This document shows positions 1-51,352 of a stretch of DNA of 64,000 nt, piece after piece; position 1 is the first letter of the stretch; each line of letters starts with the position of its first letter. Under the pieces are notes generated by a model. It searched no databases. It was not told the origin of the DNA and saw only the letters and a program-made list of their open reading frames with translations. Position numbers and translations under genes: made by a program. Source of the stretch: Sminthopsis crassicaudata (lineage: Eukaryota); contig NC_133617.1 in NCBI RefSeq assembly GCF_048593235.1, forward strand, positions 590,716,958 to 590,780,957. The letters are read 5' to 3'.

Positions 1-380
1 AGGCCAGGAAGCCAGCATTCCAGAGCGTTAAAGAAGCAAATAGCATGCCGGGATTTGTGGTCTACCCCGATGCCGTGTTGCATTCTGGGACTTAAGTAAA
101 ATTGGTCGGAATGGGAAACACAGTCACAGCCTCAGGAGGACACCCCTCAGGGTCCTAGCTCAAGTGCTTTAGCGTCAAATGTGCGCACGCGCAAAGCCAC
201 GCCGACACAACGCCCCTGTGTGTCGTTCCCAGGCCACAGCGGGCTGGGCGGAGCTGCGCCTCGCGGCTCTCACAGCCCTTGCCTCTCGTGGCCGCCTCTT
301 TGCGCCTGTGCAGCCCGATGCGTAAGTGGAGGCGGATCTTTTCCCGCCCCTCGGTTGGCTGCGGCAGCGGCGCTGCTGCG

Positions 381-38945
<38,565 letters not shown>

Positions 38946-40750
38946 ATTCACATACAGCCCTTGTTTAAAGTTTGTGGTTAACTGTTATTTGCACATGACA
39001 AATTGTAAGAAATTCTACATTTCGAAGATGGCAGTTAATGTAGGATTTGTGTTTACAGAACAAAAAGTTTGTATCTTCCATTGGGAATTCAGTTCTCTTT
39101 TATACTCGTTAGAGTAGACTAAAATGTTTTCCCTAGCAGATAAAGTTGGTTACAAAGATACTTTGAATTCACATCTTTTTAGGTGAATTTGGACATTTGA
39201 GTTTTCAGTGCATTCACTACAAGCACATTAGAACAAAAAGAAGGAAGGTTAAATTACACATTAGATTGATTTACATTGAACATTAGTCATGCAATTAGGA
39301 AAGGACAGCTATTCCTGTAAAATTGTCTTAGTTAATTTTCATACCCTTTCACTCTTGGATAGGGGAGTGACTTAATGAGACCAAAACCAAACTGTATCTT
39401 CCACTGAATAAGACTCTTCAACCTGACTTTTTTATGTTCAGTGAAATGAAAAAGCTATAACTCTAAAAATTAAACTCTAAAATTATAAAAATATTTTATA
39501 TCTATTTCTTTATTAAAAACCTAAGCTAAAGTATACTTTATATTATAATAAATGAGACTTAATAAAATTTTATCTTCATAGTCTGTAGATCAGGACTGGT
39601 TTTATTGTACAGGCAAAATAATTACCTTGTTTTAGTTAAAATATATATGTATAATAAGCTGTGAAGATCAGATGATTTCCAGTTCATCTGTGATTATGAA
39701 AGATCCATTGTTAGGCCTGAACCTAGGTAAGCAATTTGCTGCTTTCTAGGACACAACTTCATATTGGTGGTCCTTTCTGTTTTCAATATGTTTTAAACCA
39801 TTAGTGGTTTCATAAAATATTAACGTGCATCTTTGTAGCACTATCAGTGAAGCTGCATTTTGTCATGACTATTTAAAATTGTAGCAAACTTACTGAAAAT
39901 AGGGATGGATCCAGAGTGGGCTTTGAGGAAAAGATACTTAGGTATTCTGTTAGGAAAAAGCCTTTTACCGTATGGGAAATTGTTCAAATGACAAAATATG
40001 TATGTTTAAACAAATATATTCTCAGTGTGAGTACATTTCTCATAACATTGTATGATAAGGTCAACTCTTGTTTATTTAACAATAAAGGCCTTGAAAATTT
40101 AACATGGGGGGAGGTTACATGGAGAAAATGAAAGAAAAAATGTTTACATCCAGTTTGATCATGCAATGTTTTGTATAAAAGGTTTAAAAAATTTGTGGAT
40201 TTTTTTGAGTTTTTTCATATTTTAAAGTTATTATCTTATTATGCAAGCATGATTCATTATGTGTAAAAGATGTATGTGGCCTGATATGTCATTGCATCAG
40301 TTATTTTGCATATTCATACTCTTGCTTATTTTTTTGTTTGTTATTTTGTTTAGGATGACATTCTATTTTTATCCCATCCAATATGTTCAGTGCAATTCCC
40401 CTGAATTGCAAAAGAATGACTTAAGGACAGAATGGTGACCTTTAAATAGTAATATTTTTTTTTCCCTTCATCGATGTAAAATGTATTTTTATTTGCTTAA
40501 AAACAAAGTTTATTATTTAAAGAAACAAAACATTTTAAAAAAAAACCTTTAAAGGCTTCTGAAAAACATGTAAATAATATTTAATCATATTTTATCTTTT
40601 ACTTTGTTTAACCTAAAGTAAATGCTCTGCTGTAAGTGTTGTGTGTGTGTATATGTATGCACACGCATAAAAGTATTATTACAATATGTAAATTATTTAA
40701 TATTTGACTCATTCTAGTAACTGTGAAAATACTGCATTTGCCTGTAAGCT
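38946..40750 (+). other. TRIM23: TRIM23 3' UTR (end approximate)
   Basis: AU-rich stretch after the stop with no TE recognised. AATAAA at 39547-39552, 39561-39566 and 40081-40086. The true cleavage site cannot be fixed from sequence. Confidence 0.55.
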
Positions 40751-41824
40751 TTTGAACTGTTTTCTCTATTAGATACCCTGTTTGCTTTCTTTGTATAAGT
40801 TATTATTCTCTATGAACTGATTTACTTATGTATTATGTTTGTTTGACCAGTTTTAACTTAGTAATTCACAATCTTAGCCTCTTCCTGAATATAGTCTTGA
40901 TATGGAATGTCGTTTTCTTATGCTTAGATTCCAATCTATGTTTTGGGAGTGTGGGGGTTTGGGAGTTTGTATTTTAAAGATATATTTTAAACTTCATTAT
41001 ATCATAATTACCAGTAATCTTTTGGCAAATATAGTTTAGTTATTTTTCACTGCCTAAAAAATTGCACTACTAAATATTTTGGTTTAAAAAAATTACCCTT
41101 GTGTTGTCAGTTATGAGGTAAATTATTGTAGTTTGGGAAGCTAGATAAGTTTAAGAGGGGGATATGTTGAAATTTTGTGTTTAGTATTTATTAGGGACTG
41201 AGATTATAGATTCAGAAAATTCCTGATTAAAAATCATTTACTCCAAACCTCCTATTTTAGAGATAAAACTAAAACCCAGGCAAGTTACATTATTTGCTGA
41301 AGATGATACTTGTTGAGTTGTGAGTAAAGCCCAGATCTCTACATTTGTAGCTATACTTCTTTCCCTTCTCTTTTCTATTTTATTAGCACCTGGAAGAAGC
41401 TGCAGATCCCCTTGTTTTCCAGATGAGTAAATCTATAGGGGTTCAATCATTTGTCAAATTATTACATAGGTAGTAATTTGCAGAACGGGGACTCTGAAAC
41501 CAAGTTCTCTGAACCCAAGTATAATATTCTTTATAAATACTGCTGTTCATCAATATAATTAAACTTTTTAATGTCTATTCATTTTAAAAGCAATTAATTC
41601 CCACTTATTTCCTGAAACAGCATCATTAAGTAGTAGTGTCCTGTGAAAGTTTTTCACAAGTAATTATTAATATTTGATATTGATATTAGTGGAAAATAAA
41701 ATTTCTCAAGTGCCCCTTTAGGTTCCAAAATCTTAAAAATGATACTAAGAGTAAGAAAGCCTTGAGTAAGATTTTTTTTTTCCTGTTTTGTGGATATTAT
41801 TTTACAAATTTACCACTGAATTTT

Positions 41825-41990
41825 CTTTTCTTCTCTTTTTTTGTTTTCTTTTGCCGAGGCAGCTGGGGCTAAGTGACTTGCCCTAGGATCACACAACTAG
41901 GAAGTGTTAAGTATCTGAGTTATCAGATTTGAATTCAGGTCCTCCTGACTTCTGGGTTGGTACTCTGTCTACTGCGCCACCTATCAGCCC
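41825..41990 (-). mobile_element. WSINE1-type SINE
   Basis: Full-length reverse copy; TSD tgaattttctt at 41817-41827 and 41991-42001. Confidence 0.85.
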
Positions 41991-42584
41991 TGAATTTTCT
42001 TAAATTTTCTTAAATCGGTTTAGTACAAGCCTTTAAGTTAACTTTGCAGTTTTCAAGTCATTTAACATATTTATTGGAAAAAATAGTAGATTACCAATAA
42101 GTTGCTGATCTATCTGCAAAACAAGCCTAGAGTCAGGAGACTTGGGTTTTAAGTCTTGGGTCTGCCAGTAATTAGTTGTGTCAAGTTTAAGCAAAACATG
42201 TGACCTCTCTGGGCCTCAAGACCCCTCACACATAAAATATTTCACTAAAGGATATCTATCCTAGGACTTTTCTTTCAAATTCATCATAGTGGGAAAATTA
42301 ATTGCATTCTAAATCTTCACTGTGAAAAACAGCAATCCAGATCTGAGTTCAAGGCTTGCCTGTGTAACATCATGAGCAGTGTTACCATATGCTGGTGGTT
42401 TTGTGAGTAGTGATTTGGGAAGGGAGGGAGCACTAAGGTTAGCATAGGTTGCAGGTAAGTCACTGAACTGCTTCCCCCACATAGATGAAATCATAGGTCC
42501 CACTTCACTATGTTCTCCAAACTATCTCACGAATATTAAATAATCTAGGTTTTTATGTTTAAGGACTTTTGATCCTCAAGAACA

Positions 42585-42730
42585 ATGGTGTCAGACTGCT
42601 GGCCCCATATTAAAAGACTATAAATTAATATTATTTGCATTTTAATTTTTTTTGTTAAAAACATTTCTCAATTGTATTTTAATATGGTTCAGGCAACACT
42701 TAAGAGTTTGTAGGGTGATTGACAGCAGTG
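42585..42730. mobile_element. hAT/Charlie-like DNA transposon relic
   Basis: ggtgtcagact..ggcccc...ttgttaaa.catttctcaatt.tattttaat.tggttcaggc; related to 56150-56345. Confidence 0.4.
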
Positions 42731-44659
42731 CTCTGAAAGACCAATTTGAATAAAAAATAGTTTTATATACTTTTAATACTGCCAAGTTAAGTTTTAAATG
42801 TGTACATATGCACATCTGCAGTAGACTTCATTGTATTTACATGAAGCATTATAAGACACTATAAAAATGGACTTAACATTTTAAAAAATGATAGTAAAAA
42901 CAATTTTACCTATTAGCTCTTTTTAATATATTTGGTTAGAAGCAGATTTTAAATCATCCTTATTACTAATCCTTGTCTTTGTGTGTATTTTCTTGTAATA
43001 GTGACTAGTGTGCCTTGTGATCCATTGGAAAGAGCTCTAGATTTAGAGTCAGAGGGCATTTCTTCATATGCTAGCTCTGTCAGTGACCATGGGCAAGTCA
43101 TTTTAACAATTTGGGGTCTGTTTTTTAATCTCCAATATGTGAAGGGGGTACACTAAATAATCTTTAACTCCCTTCTAGTTCCAGATCCTAAAGTAAAGGT
43201 CAATTTTCTTTTTAATTAGAATTTATTCTAAAATTAATAACTAATGAATACATTATATCCAACAGCAATATAAAACAGGATTATCATTACATAGAAATTT
43301 AGCCAAATTTGATTATTTTACACGATAGAAAATTCATCCTCAGAATTTGTTATATGGCTAATGTTACAGTGCATTGAGTTATTTCTTATCAGTCATCACG
43401 TGGAAGTCATTGCTATGGGTTTTAGTTTTTGGCTTTGAAAAACAATAGCTAAGTTTAGGAGATATGTACTACCAGAACAACTTAAAATCCTTTTCACAGA
43501 CATTCAGTTGGTCTTAATTTAAGTGTAATTTGTATTTAAAATGACTCATGGAAAATTTACTAAAAGCTTATTGTATTTCCTTCATGGAACCAGCCAATTG
43601 ATTATCATAGCTAACTAGAAATGTAGTGGTTTTTGTTGTAGGTTAAAATTACTCATATTAAAGGAGAATATTGATTATAAATACTTTATAATGTGATAAA
43701 AAGTTAAAGTGAATGATTCTTGATTGAAATCAGTGTACACATGAAGCTTTGCAGTAAGAGAAAATTCTGTGTGGAATACAGGTAAAACAAGGGAAAGCAT
43801 ATGGAGCTATCAATAAATCATTTAATTTGATCAAAATTCTGTTTTAAAAAGTTCTTTTCTGATAAAACCAAATTCTTTTAGAAAATAATTACAAACTGAA
43901 AAAAGTTAATGAGCTTAAGTTACAGGGCTTTGTTAAGAAAAATACTAATGAAATGTTTAAAATCCAAGATGAGTTCCATATGACTGTAATAGAAGAAAAA
44001 TGTGGCATATACGGACCTGTTTTCTTCTGCTACCTATTCTATGAAAGGACAAAAGAGTGTGGGGGGGGAAGTATACAACGATGTTTTTCAAGTTTACAAA
44101 AAAACAAGAAGGTAAAAGCACTTTGAAGCCATAAGGGAGTAAAATAAGGACACATTGGGGAGTCTTAATGAGAGATATCAAGTTGGATCATTTTGCTAAT
44201 TAATAGTTTGATATTTATGCTCATGTTTATATTTCATGAAATGAAAAAATTCAGTTAATATCATGATTTTGGATGAGGCACTACTGGCCCCTAGTAGCAA
44301 TACTACCAAAATTCCAAGTCAGGTTAGTTATAAAGCTTAAGAGCTAGTAGCCTTTAAGGGGTCAAGTAACCCAACCACCTCATTTTATTTATAAGGAAAT
44401 TGGAAACCCAGTAACTTCCCTAGGATCACACAGGTAGAAAACAATGAGATCTGGATCCACATTGTCAAACTGTATAACCAGTGTTTTTTCCACTATCTTG
44501 GAGTCTGAAGAATGAATAGGATCATAGGATTTGGAAGGGAATTTAAGAGATCCCTGGTTATAATATGTCATCGGCATCTGAGAGGTGAAGGATTATCTAT
44601 GGACAGAAAGACTAAAGTGGTTAAGTGACTTCACTATGATACAGGCAAAGTAGCCACAG

Positions 44660-47530
44660 GACACATGCTGGAATACATGAAGTACCCCTCAAAACAAATA
44701 CTTATGAAATGCCTACTATATTCTAAGGTCTGCTAGATATATGAATCTGACATATACACACACAAGAGAAATGTAAAGTCCTAAAGGAAAATGTGAATGC
44801 TTAGGAAATGAGAATGTTCATTGCAGAGGGAGTTCTTGAGCTTAAGGATTTCCACAAACCACAAAGGGTGTATTCCAGGGATGAAAAACACCTTCATGAA
44901 TTCAAGGAGAGGAAGCAATATAACAAAGAGAAGTGCTAATTGTCCAGTTTAGCTGCTGGAATGGTAAAATGGAACCAGGTTTTGAAGGGCCTTAAAATGC
45001 CAAGATTGGGGGGTTTCACTTTAGTCAATAAGAAGCTACTGAAAATTTCTAGAGCAGACCACTATGGTTAGATCTGTGCACTCTGAACAAAACACACTTT
45101 TTGGAATATGTATTGCTGATGAAGTTGTTTTGTTTAACTATGCTCAAGGTGTTTGTGAATGATAAGCGTGGAAAAGAGACCTGAGTAAGAGAGCCAGTAA
45201 TGAGGCTGTTACACTGTAGTAGACACATAAGAGTTAATGATTTAATAAACAACAGTGGTGGTATTGTGGGTGAGAGGAGGAAAGGTTGTGAAGGTGCAGG
45301 ATTGGATTGAATTGGAATCAAAAGTATTGATCAAATGGATCTTAAGGTTCTTTGTGGAATGACACATTTGAATGTAAAACTCTAGTAATTCTTTAAGCCT
45401 TATTTAAAATCCGTGCTTATTATTTTACTATGTTATATTCCCTTGATAATATTTATCAAGCAATAAATCAATTTTATAAATCCATATAAAGCTTAATGTA
45501 AACACAACTTGTTATAACATTGAATTCACTGTAATGTAGGTTTCTGCACCTATCAAAGTCGTAAATAATGATGTGAAGTGCTGGTCTGATTTTGCCAAGA
45601 GATTTCCAAACTTGTACACTTTTTTCTTAAAAGTTAATACTTTAAAAATAATTTGATAGGAATAGAATGAACTAGTTTATTTACTTTATAGGATAAAAAA
45701 TAATCCCTTGATGCTTGAATTTGTCAAAACAAATTTTATTGGTGCTTTTGTTGTAAACATAATTTAAAGATACATACACATCCTTCTTCCCTGAATCTAT
45801 TTCCCCCTTATCAAAAACAGTGAATACAGCAAATATGCTCAACTTTGTATGCATTATATTGTCTCAGTATTCTCTCACTTTTGTTCCAGAGAAGGGAGAC
45901 AGACTTCATTACTATTCTTAGGAACTAATTGTATTACAGTTACAGTAAGTTGATATACATTAAGCACTAAGTCAGTGTGCTAAGAGGTGGGGAAACAAAG
46001 GCAAAAGACAACTTCCCTCAAGGAGCTCAAAATAAAATGGGATAGACAGCAAACAAACGCAAACAGGTTACATGCAGAATGGCAAGTAATTGAGAGGAAA
46101 GGCACTAGAATTAAGAGGAGTGAAGGCTTCCTGCAGAAGATGGGATTTAAAGATACTCAGGTAGGTCAGTAGTCTGAGCAGAGGAGGAAGAACATTAGAG
46201 GCATGGGCAACAGGCAGAGAAAATGCCTGAATCTGGGAAATGGAGTATTCTTGTTCCTGGATCAAATTCATTGTCTTTGGATTGAAGATGGTGTAGTGGA
46301 GATTAAGGTGTAAGATTGGAAAGATAGGAGGAGTCTAGGTTAGGAAAAGCTTTGAATACCCGAACTTTTTATATTTGATTTTGAAAGCAATATGGAGTCC
46401 CTGGACTTGGATGTGAGGGATGAGGTGAAATCACCAAGCTAACAACAGATTAGATAGGGGCCCATGGTGGGAGGACAAGGACCATACTTGGGCCATAAAT
46501 CTAAGGGACTAAGACTATGGTGTTGCCTTCTACAGTATTAGGAAACTTAGGGGGAGATAGCATGGAGGAGGAAAAATGAGTTCTGTTTTGGATACAGCAA
46601 GTTTAAAATATCAGTGGGAGTGGAGGGGGAGGGAGGAGAGGCATCTAGTACAAGACTTTGAAAAGCAGTGGGAGATGAAAGACCTAGAGGTCAGCAGAGA
46701 GGTAAAGATCACTAGTGAGTTGTTTGGGAATTTCAGTCTTGTTTGATTCTTCATGACCCCAATTAGGGTTTCCTTGGCAAAGATAAATGGAGATAAATGC
46801 CATTTTCTTTTCTGGCTCATTTTGCAGATGAGGAAACTGAGGTGAATAGGGTTAAATGCCTTGACTAGAACCACATAGCTAGTGTCTGAAGTCATTTGAA
46901 GTCACAAAGATGAATTCAGCTCCAGCACTGTACCTCTGTGCCACCTAGCTGCTCTCATCAGCATAGCAATTAAATCTGGGAGATATCAGGCATGGTCTGA
47001 AAATCCAACCAAGAAAGCTGAGAAGAGGCAGCCAGTCTGATTGGCAAGAAAATTCTCAGGAGAGTAGTGTCCCAAAAACTAAATAAAGTATCATAGAGTA
47101 GTAATCAGCAGTATCAAAAGCTGCAGAAGTCAGGAAGAAAAAAAGATTGTGAAAAGGTCATCAGATTTGACAAAAGATTAGTAACTGGCAAGGGCAATTT
47201 TGGTGGAAACTAGATGCCTCTCCCCCCCTCCACTCCCACTCTGATATTTTAAACTTGCTGTATCCAAAACAACAATTTTGGTGGAATTAGTTTAAAAGCT
47301 GAATTGTAAGGGATTAAAGGGGTGAGAGCAGAGAAAATGAAAGTACCCACTGTAAATGCAAGTTTAGCCACAAATAGAAGAAAAGATCCTAGGATCAGAG
47401 TCTTTTGAGAATGGGGTTACAACTTGAACATGGTTATAGGCAGCTGAGGAGTCAGTAGACTGGGAGAGATTAAAGATGATAAATCAGTGTGAGGCTGAGA
47501 GACAATCTGTTTAAGGAGACTAGACAAAGT
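44660..47530 (-). mobile_element. L2 fragments (about 44660-45350 and 45950-47530) with a MAR1 insertion at 46710-46935
   Basis: catttaagcact..tgtgctaagag...gccctcaaggagctca-like and tcaaaagctgcagaagtcagg segments; MAR1 ttccttggcaaagat...gatgaggaaactgagg. Confidence 0.6.
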
Positions 47531-49049
47531 CTAGCTTCTTTTTTGACAACTCTTTGGGTTCTGCTTAATCATCAACTTTTTTCTCCCTTTATCTCACCAG
47601 CCACCCTCAACTGCGGAAAAAAAGTTCTTTTAAGCAAGTAAGCATATTAGTAAAACAAATTCCTACATTGGCCATGTCCAAAAATATCTGTCTCATTCTC
47701 TATCTTATATCTTTCTCTTCAGAAATGAGCAACATGTTTTATCAGAGTTCCTCTAGAATCATGCTTAGTCATTTACTGTAGTGATCAGAATTCTTGTGTC
47801 TCAACTTTGTCTTTGCAATATTGTTGTATAAATCAATTCTACTGCTGCTCACTCCAGATCTTTTTCAATTCACAGTTCTTCTCAGGTTTCTCTGAGAAAT
47901 TGCCATGTACTAGATTTAAATTTCCCTTTTTTTTCTTTCATTCTTGGTCCATTTAACAAAAAAATTTCCATTTGTGCCTTTTTTTCCCCCCTTCCTTTTT
48001 CAAATAAATTAGTTTTCACCAAACACTTCTTTATACATGTTCTCTTAGGGCAATCTTGTTATTTATATCGATAATCATTATTCCTATTTTTATATGAAGA
48101 ACCTTAAGTTGGTCAGTCAGAGTTTGAAACTTTTTTAGGGCTTTAAGATGGAAGGTGGGGGGAAAAGCATTATAGTCAGGGGAGATGGCATGTATAAGAA
48201 GCCTCTAGCCACAAGCCAGAAGGAAAAACTCATTGGTCCTTAGGAAGTAGTGGTAATGTAGATGGTAATGCATATCCATATCTGATGCTATATCATTTTA
48301 TGGTATCTGTCAAGTGCTTTTTACACCTTTCACATTCAATTTGTGGAGGTACCAGGGAGTACTAGAAATACAGGGACAGATACTAGGTTTCAGCTCAAGG
48401 ATGGCTGGTAGCAGGGCTGGAAAGGCAAATAGTACTGTTGCCTTCTGGATTCTTGGGCAGTTGAAGTATGTTTGATAATAATCAAGAAGATGTGCTCCAA
48501 AAACATAAGCAAGCTGTGGTTCTCATGCTTTTTAAACAAATGTTGGTGTTGGCCCAGTAAGATTGGTCAGAGGATATTCCAGAAACCTGAAGATGTAAAT
48601 ATATAATTTTTGCTCCTTTTAGTAAAGGAACTTTTTTTTTTTTTAAACTTATGGCTTTTTGATGATTACTGACCACCTTGCCAATTGAGTGTGCTTTGTT
48701 TTCATTCTGTAAGATCCTTATGCCAAAACCAACTTGACTCATAAATACCACATGTTAAATCTAAACGGGGACACAGATCAGCAGCTCTAGGGAAAGGCTT
48801 GAAAAATATATCACTGTGTATGCATTAGGGAAGGGAGTCAAATTTTGTTTTTTAGTAAGGAAAAAAAAAGAGTAATGAGGTACTAATTAGTAAAGACAAA
48901 GCCTGTATAAACTTTTTAAAGTGTTTTCCTTTCAATGCTATTATTTCCTTTCATTTCAGCTTTTCAGTAGCATATTACCTTAATGTTATTTGCAAGAGAA
49001 AAAGACTACATTAAGTAGCTATAGTTTTATATAAAAATCATACAAATGA

Positions 49050-49219
49050 AAGCACAATATCTTAAATCACTTTTAATAAAATACAAAAATACACTTTTGG
49101 ATACTTAAGTTACATGATTAGTTTGGATGGTTATTCAGGTTATTCAGTACTGGAGTTTTACATTTTTTAATCTTTTATCTTTCACTGACTAATGTACATA
49201 CGGATTTGAAAATCTGGTT
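49050..49219 (-). terminator. PPWD1: Short PPWD1 3' UTR and polyadenylation region
   Basis: Minus-strand hexamers AATAAA 49219-49224, ATTAAA 49166-49171 and ATTAAA 49072-49077; the last is followed by U/GU-rich sequence. Confidence 0.5.
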
Positions 49220-49363
49220 TTATTTGACAGTAATATTAATGATGCTGATATCTTCATAAGGTTTATCTGTTTTTGGATTGACTTTGACATTGGAAATTCT
49301 CTGGACAACTTCCATTCCTTTTGTTACTCGTCCAAATACTGTGTGCTTGTTGTCAAGCCAAGG
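49220..49363 (-). CDS. PPWD1: PPWD1 last coding exon ([47 protein letters not shown])
   Basis: atacag| acceptor, 144 nt ending in TAA (plus-strand 49220-49222). Confidence 0.96.
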   Translation of the reverse strand, partial: PWLDNKHTVFGRVTKGMEVVQRISNVKVNPKTDKPYEDISIINITVK

Positions 49364-51320
49364 CTGTATCAGAGGAAAAATAAAGAGAGGATATATTTTC
49401 TTTTCTTAAATTTGGTAATCTAGATTTCCATATGCATAACATCAGACATTTCAATAGATTTTAAATCTGATATATGTGATAAAAATTCCTTTAAATTGTC
49501 TTCTCATTATCACAGTTCTCATCAAAATAGGAAGGAAACATATATGAATCCCATTTTTAAAGTAGTAATCTAAAAATCTGAAAAGGCCAATGCAAAGTTC
49601 TTAGTTTAAGAATTACAGTGGTAGATTATTTCAAAATATCTTTTTTTGAGAGTTTTATGTTGTTAGTATATGGTATAAATAGTTGTGAAAAAATTAATCT
49701 ACATAAAACTAGTATATGTTGGCTTCCTTCTTATCTTTAGAACATAAGAAAACAAACAAAAATTAAGTATTGCAATATAATTGTGAAATTATCACCTTTG
49801 ATAAGCCTATATCCTGCCTCCTTATAAAGGTACAGAAATTGGAACAATAAGATCAAGTTACCTGGCAGATGCCAGAGTTACCTGGAAGGCCCTGAAATCC
49901 TTTATTGTACCCAAAGTGTAAATACTCTATTCAACACATCAATTTCTAATTCCATCTTAGGCCAAAATAAGTTTTCAACACTTTTAAGTGATTAACTCTA
50001 AAAAGTCGTCTAAAAATTGGTCATCTGAAAATTTACTATAGCTGGTAGGAATTTTTGCACTTGCACTGCACTTACAGTTGGCACCACTGTTATGAAGAAT
50101 TGGGATCCATTTGTATTGGCACCCGCATTAGCCATACTGAGTGTATATGGTCTGTCATGTCTCAATGTTGAATGAAATTCATCTTCAAATTCTCCTCCCC
50201 ATATGCTTTCACCTCCCATACCTGTACCTGTTGGATCACCAGTCTGAATCATGAAACCCTATATTAGGAAAAAAGATAAATATATTATTAGGTCCAATTT
50301 TACATAAGCACATAGTAGAATTAGCTTCAATTTCCCCCACCCAAGGCAATATATGTCAGACAAAAATGATTTAACTTTTAAAAATTAAGCCACCTGAGAG
50401 ACTAATAAAGAAATTAAATAATGCCTTAGTTTAAGTTGTATTCCCTTTTCATCAATTCTAGTCACTAGTAGTCATTTGTTAAACCTATACTTACATGTAT
50501 GTAAAATACTTTAAAATTTACAAAGTGTTTTCACATATTTTATCTCAATTCTAACAACCCTTCTGTGAGTTAATAATAGTGTTACCTCCATTTTATAGGC
50601 AATGAAATGTGGGCACAGAAAATCTGTCAGAGTCAAGATTTGATTCAAGGTCTTCAGTATGCAAAGTCCCATATTCCTAAATGAGAGCAAAGGTTCAAAT
50701 CTTGACTCAATTGCTTTCTGTAACCTTGCATAAAATTCTCAGCTTCAAGGAGGAAGTTAGATTGTTGAAGTCCTTTCTGGCTCTAAGTCCTATGATTATG
50801 ATAAGATTAATCTATAAATTCATCTTCTTCTTTGACAAGATCCAAAAAAAGTAGACATAAAGAAATGAAAATTCTTTGCTGAAAAATATCTAGATGTTAG
50901 ATTTTATTTATGCCTTATATGAAGTGAAAAAAATTCTGAAAGTTTTTCCATCTTACAGAAATAATGGTTTCACCATAGGGTCATAGATTTAGATTACTGA
51001 AGGACTTTTCATGGCCATCTAGTCAGCATTTAGTAGTTTCTCATTTTATATAAGGAGCTAAGGAACCCAGAAGCTCAATAACTCACGGAAGGTAGACGAA
51101 CTAAGCTGATGCCATAGCCAAAGCCAGTGTTCTTTTCAGTGACCTGTCATCTGAATGGAGTGAATGAGGTTAAAAAACTTAATAGGGGGGCAGCTAGGTG
51201 GCGCAGTGGACAGAGCACCAGCCTTGAATTCAGGAGGACCCGAGTTCAAATCTAACCTCAGATACTTAACACTTCTTAGCTGTGTGATCCTGGGCAAGTC
51301 ACTTAACCCCAGCCTCAGGA

Positions 51321-51352
<32 letters not shown>

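Noticed and set aside
43957-44181. 74-aa intergenic ORF
   Set aside because: Hydrophobic AT-rich composition typical of random ORFs; no splice, promoter or homology cue.
51187-51260. tRNA-like A box / B box sequence
   Set aside because: It is the tRNA-derived head of WSINE1, followed by the SINE core and A-tail; no cloverleaf gene.
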